From the NCBI RefSeq assembly GCF_017168145.1, contig NZ_JADQTL010000009.1:1080799-1120798 (forward strand): a DNA stretch of 40,000 nt. Direction: 5' to 3'. The position numbers and the translations under genes are program-made. Under the pieces are notes generated by a model. The model ran no database searches and was not told where the DNA came from. It worked only from the letters and a program-made list of their open reading frames with translations. This document shows, piece by piece, positions 17,613 to 24,662 of this stretch (its first letter is position 1; each line of letters begins with the position of its first letter). Source of the stretch: Anaerovorax sp. IOR16. GTDB taxonomy: Bacteria > Bacillota > Clostridia > Peptostreptococcales > Anaerovoracaceae.

Positions 17613-18392
17613 TTATGCCACCTTTTGTTCCTGTTTGGTATTTTGTTCAGTCAAAGCCTTTTCATGCTTCTCAATCAACTCTTTAAGTGATTGGTTAGAA
17701 AGTTTAATCGTCTCATTACAAGATTCAATAATCTTTTCAAACTCTGCAATTTTCGCTAAGACATCATCTGATTGATTCAAGGTTTTTAACGTAGCAATTT
17801 GCACCTTAACGGACTCAATCTTAGACTCTGCCTTTTTTCTGCCACTAATAATTTTTCTCTGAGAAGTCAAGAAATCCCTTTGGGAATCGTCCATAACTTC
17901 CGCATTACAAATTTTGATACCAAGCAAAGTCTCAATATCTTTACGGAATCGGCTCAATTTCGTGTGAGCAATTTCCTTGAATGCCACGAAATCTTTATCA
18001 TCATCAATATTTACAGAATCATCCATGAACATTTCAGAATAACCGACAATACTGTCAATATCAGTCTCGCTGCAACGCATATCTTTTGAAGTCTTATCCT
18101 TCTCACCACTGGAAAGCAATTCCTTCCACAATGGGTAGAGCGGTTCACGGGCAACAAGCTTCTCATTTTCCAAAGTTAATGGATTATGCTTAACGGTGAT
18201 GTAATTACAAGTAGCCTTGTAAAGCTTTTCAATGTTGGAAAGATACACTTTGAACCAAACCTCGTCAATTTCAAGTTCAGAAATCATCTTCTTTGAAATC
18301 AGACCTTTGTTTCCCTTTTCACGAGCCAAGACAAATGCCTTTCTCATGTAATTAATGTTGTAAGAATCATTTCTCTTTGCTTTAGCAGTCAT
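17613..18392 (-). CDS. hypothetical protein with C-terminal coiled-coil-like region
   Basis: ORF track; AAAGAGG SD; 259 aa. Confidence 0.65.
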   Translation of the reverse strand: MTAKAKRNDSYNINYMRKAFVLAREKGNKGLISKKMISELEIDEVWFKVYLSNIEKLYKATCNYITVKHNPLTLENEKLVAREPLYPLWKELLSSGEKDKTSKDMRCSETDIDSIVGYSEMFMDDSVNIDDDKDFVAFKEIAHTKLSRFRKDIETLLGIKICNAEVMDDSQRDFLTSQRKIISGRKKAESKIESVKVQIATLKTLNQSDDVLAKIAEFEKIIESCNETIKLSNQSLKELIEKHEKALTEQNTKQEQKVA

Positions 18393-18420
18393 AATAAACC
18401 TCTTTCCGTCCTTTTGGGAC

Positions 18421-18459
18421 TAATTAAAATAATAAAAGACACATGGAATTATGTGCCTT
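18421..18459 (-). terminator. candidate intrinsic terminator/attenuator (minus strand)
   Basis: On the minus strand AAGGCACAT-AATTCC-ATGTGTCTT forms a 9-bp stem with one G-U pair, followed by TTATTATTTTAATTA. It sits only about 30 nt upstream of the RBS of 17613..18392. Confidence 0.4.
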
Positions 18460-19130
18460 AAAATAACTATTTGCTCACTCTGCATTTTACGGACTTGTGA
18501 CCGTTTACAAATTGTAAGTTGCATTAAGCAACCGCCAGTATAAAACTAGCGGTTTATATTAAAAACCTTTTCTTTACAAACCTACCGCCCTTTACAGTTC
18601 AAAAGTTGTATAGTGTTAGTGTCGCAATGACTAAACCTGCATCGTTTCACGGAATACAGGACTAACTAATATACGGTTATTGAATGCTTGTAACAGCCTT
18701 ATAAATTTGTATTGAACCGACTTTACTGTTCACAGCTTACAGATTCCTCAAGCCGAGTTTGGGATTTCCTGCTTCCCTCTGACATTCACTACCTGTCAGA
18801 CAGCGTTCAATTATTATAACTATCATACTTTGCTCGTAGAGCCTTGCTTCATTTGTTTTCTTACCAAGCAAGTGGCAATAGACTTAGTGGTTCGTCACTT
18901 GTCCGTTTGGACTGGCTTTCATACCATGCTTACCATCATACCTCATCAACCACTTGGAATGTATAAACTGCTATTGTGATTGACTTCATGTCTTTCCTAT
19001 CCGTCCTGTATGGTTACTACCCACTGTATCAGTTATGAGTTATAGCATGTTCTCTTATATATACTGTATTTGACCAGTATATTATTGAGGTGTGTATGTG
19101 AGATTTTTTTACACGTTATTTGTGCGTGTC
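18460..19130 (-). ncRNA. candidate large non-coding RNA or long structured leader (class unknown)
   Basis: About 0.7 kb with no ORF of 60 aa or more on either strand. It is visibly G+C-richer than the flanking coding DNA and has many short hairpins. It is bracketed by two promoter-like repeats (19056-19179) and a terminator-like hairpin (18421-18459). Strand is inferred only from that bracketing. Confidence 0.3.
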
Positions 19131-19179
19131 TCTCTCGCTTACATATACACTGTAATTTAAAGTGCATTTATTGAGGTGT
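19056..19179 (-). promoter_or_regulatory. two tandem copies of a promoter-like repeat (minus strand ACACCTCAATAA-N11/12-AAATWACAGTRTATAT)
   Basis: Copies at 19056-19093 and 19141-19179. Two further copies occur at 20031-20070 and 20141-20171. Confidence 0.35.
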
Positions 19180-19198
19180 CATTTTAAAAATATTTTTA

Positions 19199-19240
19199 GA
19201 AAATAAAAAACCGTCAGAATTGTTTAAATTCCAACGGTTT
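19199..19240 (-). terminator. rho-independent terminator downstream of the sigma-like gene
   Basis: On the minus strand AACCGT...ACGGTT forms a stem with an inner GAATT/AATTC stem, followed by TTTTTTATTTT. Confidence 0.6.
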
Positions 19241-19262
19241 GAGGTGTTTTCATGTTTTGTTA

Positions 19263-19874
19263 TTACATGATTTTAGATAACTTTTTACGAATATATAAAA
19301 CTCTATCCTTTGCAGTATTATGAGAGATGCATAAAATACGTGCTATTTCTGCAATGGTGCAACCTTGCAATAGTAACTGGAGTGTTTCGGCTTGTTTATC
19401 GGTAAGGATTTCTAATAGTTCGCTTATTAATTCTTGGATTTCCACGTCCTCTAGGCTCTTATGGTACTCTCTGACAGCTTTGGTGTACATGACGTTCTCG
19501 GTTGCTTCTTCTTCACTCATTTCTTCACCTTTACTATTTAAGGCATTGCGGTTTGTTACCCATAAATGCTTATAGTGTTTTTGCTCCATTTGATACATTG
19601 TATTTTGTACTGTCTGAAATACTGTTTTCTTCACATCGTCGGTAAGAAAAACAAGGTTGTTTGCTCTGCTGTCTATTTTGATTTCTTTCAAGTTTTCCAA
19701 TATTGTGAGTGTTACTTCTTGTTTCAAGTCGTCAAGCAATGTATGTCGGAACGTGTTTAATATCTCACTTGCTTTAGAGTTTCCTCTGCTTTCCATCGTT
19801 TTGAGTGCCTTATATGTGATTTTAGCACTTGCTTGGGCGATAATGGTAACTTGCTTTTCATTCAATTTTTTCAT
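19263..19874 (-). CDS. sigma-70/ECF-family-like transcription factor (region-4/LuxR-type HTH at C-terminus)
   Basis: The C-terminus LTDKQAETLQLLLQGCTIAEIARILCISHNTAKDRVLYIRKKL is a typical sigma region 4 / LuxR HTH. GAGGGAAG SD. The N-terminal region-2 assignment is weaker. Confidence 0.55.
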   Translation of the reverse strand: MKKLNEKQVTIIAQASAKITYKALKTMESRGNSKASEILNTFRHTLLDDLKQEVTLTILENLKEIKIDSRANNLVFLTDDVKKTVFQTVQNTMYQMEQKHYKHLWVTNRNALNSKGEEMSEEEATENVMYTKAVREYHKSLEDVEIQELISELLEILTDKQAETLQLLLQGCTIAEIARILCISHNTAKDRVLYIRKKLSKIM

Positions 19875-20030
19875 GGTTCTTCCCTCTCTGCTTTTTTACG
19901 TGGGTTGCGTCCACTGATTAAATAATGGTTTAGTTAGTGGGTAGTAGGTAAATACTACCTATATAATAGTATATATCATTGGTGAGATATTACAAGTGTT
20001 ATTTTAATTATTATTATCTATTGTTTAGAT

Positions 20031-20171
20031 GTATTTATACTGTAATTTGTTGGGTAGAAATCGAGGTGTATTGGGTGAGATTTATTATTTATTGTTATGC
20101 ACTGTTATTCATTGTGTACTATTTATACATATTATTGTATGTTTATACTGTATATTATTTATAAGTGTTGG
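20031..20171 (-). promoter_or_regulatory. two further copies of the ACACCTC...ACAGTATAAA promoter-like repeat, upstream of the sigma-like gene
   Basis: Copies at 20031-20070 and 20141-20171, in the same orientation as those at 19056-19179. Confidence 0.35.
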
Positions 20172-20444
20172 AATATCAATGTTTTATTTATGAATAAATG
20201 TATAATAATTCATGGTTTTAAGGTATTATATATCGTTACTATGGTAAAAAGTCGCTTAAATCAAAGAATAGAGCTTCTATTTTATGGAAGGCTTAGAAAC
20301 GTTGGAAATTGTGGGTTTGTGAGTGTATGTAGTTTGTATTGTTATACGTTTTTATGTGTAATTATGCGTTATAGTGTAAAATTACATTGTTTGTGTGATT
20401 GGTGAGTGTTGGGTTTGGATTGTATTTGTAATGGTTTGGTTTAT

Positions 20445-20460
20445 AGTGTAAATTTACACT
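20445..20460. repeat. perfect 16-bp palindrome AGTGTAAATTTACACT; part of a roughly 35-nt direct repeat (20368-20402 and 20439-20473)
   Basis: Read directly. The first copy, ATAGTGTAAAATTACATTG, is imperfect. Confidence 0.7.
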
Positions 20461-20521
20461 TTTTATGTAATTGGTTGGTATTGGTGTGGTTAGTTACTAT
20501 TATGGAAGAATTGAAAAAATT

Positions 20522-20599
20522 ATTGTATACAATTTTAACTTTTTCACCGATGAAATTATAAGGCATAAATTGTATACAGTTTTTATTATTGTATACAAT
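20522..20599. repeat. three copies of the TTGTATACA palindrome core (perfect 12-mer ATTGTATACAAT twice)
   Basis: ATTGTATACAAT at 20522-20533 and 20588-20599. TTGTATACA at 20570-20578. All lie at the point where strand composition flips. Confidence 0.7.
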
Positions 20600-20608
20600 T
20601 AAGTAATC

Positions 20609-20639
20609 CAACTTCCAGTTCTCCCAAAAGTGGAAGTTG
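20609..20639. other. 9-bp perfect hairpin (CAACTTCCA ... TGGAAGTTG)
   Basis: Arms at 20609-20617 and 20631-20639. No U-tract on either strand, so it is not an obvious terminator. Confidence 0.55.
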
Positions 20640-20746
20640 AAAAACGGGGGCATATTTACATTTTTTACAACTTTTCACGCATCGGGAAAGCCATGAGTAG
20701 TTCCACACCACTCACACAATTAAATTTCAATTCCGAAAAAAGCCCG

Positions 20747-20947
20747 TAAAATCCACCACACCACTTCGGTACTGCTTTCGGCAAAACCCATCAATTCCAA
20801 CGATTACACCCATTTCACCACAAAATTACATAATCCACCTATCCATAACCCAAATCCACAATACACCCCAGAATATCCAACTATAATCCATATATCCCAC
20901 AAAATCCCAATTACACCAGCACACCCAATAAACCAAGTAAAATCCAC
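20747..20947 (+). promoter_or_regulatory. cluster of co-oriented DnaA-box-like 9-mers (candidate origin element)
   Basis: AAATCCACC 20747-20755, TAATCCACC 20831-20839, TATCCATAA 20840-20848, AAATCCACA 20852-20860, TAATCCATA 20884-20892, AAATCCACA 20939-20947. Each has 6-7 of 9 matches to TTATCCACA. Confidence 0.35.
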
Positions 20948-21140
20948 ATTTCTCCCGAACGTACTATATTTCAATCAAAATCAACTCATTTTTAATGAAA
21001 ATCAATCAAAATTTACCCAAAAACATCTAAATCAAAAATACCATTATATATTCCATATTTTTCACTTACATTAAACTTACTCCACCGAAGCACCATCAAA
21101 ACACAACAAAAAATAACAATAATTAATTTCATTATATTTA

Positions 21141-21168
21141 TTGACTTATTGCGTCAATATGATATAAT
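21141..21168 (+). promoter_or_regulatory. sigma-70-type promoter (TTGACT - 16 nt - TATAAT)
   Basis: -35 at 21141-21146 and -10 at 21163-21168. An inverted repeat TTGAC-N7-GTCAA overlaps the -35 and spacer. Confidence 0.65.
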
Positions 21169-21185
21169 ATAAGTATAGTTAAACA

Positions 21186-21197
21186 TTGAAATTTCAA
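21186..21197. promoter_or_regulatory. 12-bp perfect palindrome TTGAAATTTCAA between the promoter and RBS (operator-like)
   Basis: Read directly. The AAATTTCAAC half-site recurs at 22613-22621 and 22680-22688. Confidence 0.5.
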
Positions 21198-21220
21198 CGA
21201 TTCAAAGGAGGTTAATGAAT

Positions 21221-22069
21221 ATGAATACAGTATTACAAACAGAGCTGCACCCCACTGATAACAAACAACAATCTAATATTATTGATATAAATCACTTATT
21301 AAATCCCACACAAGAGCCGTTACCTATTATGGATTCTATTAATCCAATAGAAGAAAAGACAACTAAAAAAGAACAAGATGCTCACCCTATTAAATCATTA
21401 GAGGACATTAATGCAATCATTAAATATTTCTTGTCAAACAATCAATACCGCAATGCTATGTTATTTGTTGTAGGTATTAATTTTGGTTTAAGATATTCAG
21501 ATTTAAGTGAAATTAGATTCAAGGATTTAATAGATAATAACAAAGGATTCAGAAAAGAATTCCAACCAAATGAAAAGAAAACAAATAATTTACGTCATAT
21601 ATATATCAATGATGCTGTCAAAGAAATAGTAACAATCTATCTAACACAAATGGCTGAGAATGGCGTATATAAGTCATTAGATGATTATTTATTCGTTGCT
21701 GAAGGAACAAACAATATTAAAACAAGACAAATTGAATATGTAGATAATGAAGAAATAAAATATAAAACAGTGCAAGCACCAATTACGATAAGAGCAATGA
21801 ATCCTATACTAAAACAGGCAACGGAATATCTTAGAATTAAAGGTAGATTTTCAACACACAGCTACAGAAAGACATTTGCATATCATATATTATTACAAGA
21901 AAACAATACAAATCATAATGAACGTCAAATAGAGTTCTTGCAAAAAATATTCGGTCACAGTAATCAAACAACAACGTTGCACTATGCAGGATTTACAGAA
22001 GATGAAATTAAGGCAGCATATCTAAATCTAAATCTTGGACTAGATGCAATAAGACAATATAAACATTGA
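21221..22069 (+). CDS. tyrosine recombinase/integrase-family protein (no SAM-like N-domain)
   Basis: Catalytic-core pattern present: GLRYSDL (Arg), HSYRKTFAYH (H-x-x-R), GHSNQTTTLHYAG (His ... Tyr). The ATG at 21221 lies 9 nt after GGAGG; the track start at 21215 lies 3 nt after it. Confidence 0.75.
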   Translation: MNTVLQTELHPTDNKQQSNIIDINHLLNPTQEPLPIMDSINPIEEKTTKKEQDAHPIKSLEDINAIIKYFLSNNQYRNAMLFVVGINFGLRYSDLSEIRFKDLIDNNKGFRKEFQPNEKKTNNLRHIYINDAVKEIVTIYLTQMAENGVYKSLDDYLFVAEGTNNIKTRQIEYVDNEEIKYKTVQAPITIRAMNPILKQATEYLRIKGRFSTHSYRKTFAYHILLQENNTNHNERQIEFLQKIFGHSNQTTTLHYAGFTEDEIKAAYLNLNLGLDAIRQYKH

Positions 22070-22544
22070 AATATCAACAACTTTATGAAAGTATAGTAAA
22101 AAACACATCTACAGAGAGCTAAAATGAACGAAAATATAATAATGGATACATTACACCTAAAAGCTATTATTGCATGAAATAAGTATCAAAACATGTCAAA
22201 TAATAAGTAAATCTATATAAAGAAATGTATGTACTCTACCATACCAAAACACACAACATAAAACACCACAAAAGATAATAATAAATATTTTTTTAAAATT
22301 AATACTAGACAAACAAAAATAATAGTGTATAATAATAAACAAAACAACACAAATATTACAAGAAAAATATCAACAACAACAAGAACTAATAATATGACAA
22401 GAAACATATTACAAAATGAAACAAAACAGGAAGGGAAAACTAATATGTACAAGACCCCATATAAAACAAAACACAGACACGAAACAAGACAACAACACCC
22501 AAGTGGCAACGCCACGCCAGCGAGTGCCGTTAGGTGCTCGTATA

Positions 22545-22578
22545 ATTATTCTATTGTTATATAGATTATTCTATTGTT
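22545..22578 (+). repeat. direct repeat ATTATTCTATTGTT x2, 20-bp register (iteron-like)
   Basis: Copies at 22545-22558 and 22565-22578. Confidence 0.7.
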
Positions 22579-22602
22579 CTTGATGAGACTTCGCCTTTTT
22601 TA

Positions 22603-22688
22603 AAAATGGCTAAATTTCAACAATCAATATAGAGGTGATGTCTCGCAAAAATGGACTTCACTAAAATACAAAATGGCTAAATTTCAAC
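22603..22688 (+). repeat. direct repeat AAAATGGCTAAATTTCAAC x2, 67 bp apart
   Basis: Copies at 22603-22621 and 22670-22688. A partial AAAATGGAC lies at 22647-22655. Confidence 0.7.
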
Positions 22689-22723
22689 GTTTTAAAAATA
22701 CCCAATGTCTCTTAGTATAGGAG

Positions 22724-23497
22724 GTGAATAGAAAAGAAGTGAAATTTGAAGGTAATTATATACAAATACCAAGATTTATTTTAGAAAGGCTTGAGACTGA
22801 TTTGTTGAGAATACCGATATTTATATATTTATATAGAAAAGTAAGTTTAGATGATACTATTGGTTGTTGTTTAGATGATATTATTTATAATGTTGGCTAT
22901 TCTAATATAAAAATTAAAACAAATATTATTAATAGAATAAACACTACCCTCTCTTACTTTCAAGATAATGGTTTGATTGAAATAGACAATAATTATAACA
23001 AACTATCACAAAATTATTATGTACGATTATATCCAAATAAAGATTATTTTGATGCTCCAGATTCGTTTTGCCAAATTCTATTATCTGAAGTAGACAAAAT
23101 TTTAAACTATAAAGATTATATTACTCTTGATAAAAATGAACGTAATGTAATGCCAGATAAATTATTATATATTCTTACATATATTAGAATGAATAAATTA
23201 CGAAGAGCGGATAACCAAGAAGCATATCCAAATAGAAAACCAGAATTCTTTTTCAAACAAATCAAAGATATTGCTGAAGATTTAGAGATAAATAAAAAAA
23301 CTGTTTCTAGTGGAATCGTTATTTTAGAAAAATTAAATATTATAGTTTCAAAGAAAATGAAAAGATATAAAGATGTTAAAGGTAATTGGCACACTGGCAT
23401 TACTCTATTTGTTGATAAGTATGACGGATGGGAGCAAGAACTTGAATGGGGTGTTAGTTTACTAAATAGTGGAAAGAAGATAATATACAAACAATAA
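22724..23497 (+). CDS. hypothetical DNA-binding protein, possible replication initiator/organizer
   Basis: ORF track; 257 aa. It lies directly behind the repeat-rich region 22545-22688. Function is inferred from context only. Start uncertain: the GTG at 22724 overlaps the GGAGG, and the next GTG is at 22739. Confidence 0.5.
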   Translation: MNRKEVKFEGNYIQIPRFILERLETDLLRIPIFIYLYRKVSLDDTIGCCLDDIIYNVGYSNIKIKTNIINRINTTLSYFQDNGLIEIDNNYNKLSQNYYVRLYPNKDYFDAPDSFCQILLSEVDKILNYKDYITLDKNERNVMPDKLLYILTYIRMNKLRRADNQEAYPNRKPEFFFKQIKDIAEDLEINKKTVSSGIVILEKLNIIVSKKMKRYKDVKGNWHTGITLFVDKYDGWEQELEWGVSLLNSGKKIIYKQ

Positions 23498-23544
23498 AAA
23501 GGAGTGAAAGAAAATGATAAATAGCAGAAAGGAATTAAATAAAG

Positions 23545-23976
23545 ATGGTGGAGAAAATTAAAAACAAAACAAAAGATAATAATAAAAATAAATTATCATA
23601 TAAAAACTGTAAGCATTGTCAGTATAATGACACTTGCCCTAAGTTTAAATGCGAATACATATCTCCTGTTCCAGATGATAAGGATAAATCTAATATATTA
23701 TTGCAATATTTATTACGATGCAATAAACCTACAGAAGAGAAGTTTTTAAAAATAGGATATTCTCATCATTCTACCCATATTACAAATGACGGCGTAACAG
23801 AGCTGTATAGATATTACGTTTCTATTATTAATGATTCTTTGAAAATCATTCGTTCTGGTGGAACTGCATACTTATATAAAATATCTCAGGTCACTGAAAT
23901 ACTTAAATTTGAGCAAGATGTCTCACTATCTGTTTGTGATGGTGTTTATTACATAACAATGAATAATAATAAATAA
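23545..23976 (+). CDS. hypothetical protein with N-terminal Cys cluster (CKHCQYNDTCPKFKC)
   Basis: ORF track. Confidence 0.55.
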   Translation: MVEKIKNKTKDNNKNKLSYKNCKHCQYNDTCPKFKCEYISPVPDDKDKSNILLQYLLRCNKPTEEKFLKIGYSHHSTHITNDGVTELYRYYVSIINDSLKIIRSGGTAYLYKISQVTEILKFEQDVSLSVCDGVYYITMNNNK

Positions 23977-24013
23977 TATTATTAAATTAAAATCATTATT
24001 GTGGAGGAATAAA

Positions 24014-24442
24014 ATGAATTTACAATTTACTGAAGAAAATTATGAGTTATTGAAAAAGATTTTTAGGGAGTCGGATGTATTGATGCAAGAAGAATTATTG
24101 AAATTCTCGATATGGCAAGAGATGGATTTAAAACAATCAGAGGTTAATATAGGAAATGTCATTATTGATAAAGATAATCGTCTGATTTGTATTATAAATA
24201 AAAAAATGAAAGTTTTCAATATTGCAAATCGAGAAGCCAAAGAAGGCGAGTTAATTTTTATAACACTCCCCTCACCTATTCTTGGAGATTGGGCAGTTGG
24301 GAAGTGTTATAAATCTGGTGGAATAGACGCAATTGACTACGGGGTTTTTATTAATGCAATTGATACATATAGAGAAACAGGAGAATATTCTGTTGGAGTA
24401 CAAGAAAATCAATACATTGTTTTAGAAGAAATTGGATATTAG
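24014..24442 (+). CDS. hypothetical protein
   Basis: ORF track 23999..24442. The ATG at 24014 follows GGAGG (24003-24007). Confidence 0.55.
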   Translation: MNLQFTEENYELLKKIFRESDVLMQEELLKFSIWQEMDLKQSEVNIGNVIIDKDNRLICIINKKMKVFNIANREAKEGELIFITLPSPILGDWAVGKCYKSGGIDAIDYGVFINAIDTYRETGEYSVGVQENQYIVLEEIGY

Positions 24443-24530
24443 TTATATCGCCCTACCCTACTTTGTTACGGATGGGCGTATGTTTACATGAAATAGGAAT
24501 TTGATATACAAAAGAAAGGATACTGAAATT

Positions 24531-24650
24531 ATGGAATATAGATTGAATAACTGTGAAGATGATGAAATTGATAGTGATTTCGAGAATGACGAACTTCCAA
24601 ATTGTATTTGGGAAGATATGTGCAAGTGCAATCCAGATTTATTAGATTAA
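24531..24650 (+). CDS. small acidic Cys-containing protein, 39 aa
   Basis: Below the track cutoff. AAAGGA upstream. Translates MEYRLNNCEDDEIDSDFENDELPNCIWEDMCKCNPDLLD. The stop is 12 nt before the start of the next gene. Confidence 0.35.
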   Translation: MEYRLNNCEDDEIDSDFENDELPNCIWEDMCKCNPDLLD

Positions 24651-24662
24651 CGGAGGTAGTAA

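Noticed and set aside
18835-18844. 10-mer AGAGCCTTGC shared with the intron guide region (36194-36203), hinting at a second intron in the 18.4-19.3 kb gap
   Set aside because: About one shared 10-mer is expected by chance between regions of these sizes. The flanking sequence does not align beyond a TACCAAG 7-mer, and I saw no P7-like pair.
19979-20653. Track ORFs 19979..20164, 20097..20405 (+) and 20441..20653 (-)
   Set aside because: They lie in extreme-skew, repeat- and palindrome-rich DNA. Their translations are low-complexity (Y/C/F/I/L-rich). None has an SD.
22213-22564. Track ORFs 22213..22515 (-, 100 aa, very hydrophobic) and 22325..22564 (+, N/T/K/Q-rich)
   Set aside because: Both are direct consequences of the A/C-only composition of the plus strand. 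Neither has an SD. They overlap each other on opposite strands.
19056-22688. The various direct repeats as a CRISPR array
   Set aside because: There is no regular repeat-spacer periodicity. The repeats belong to several unrelated families, with only 2-4 copies each and irregular spacing.
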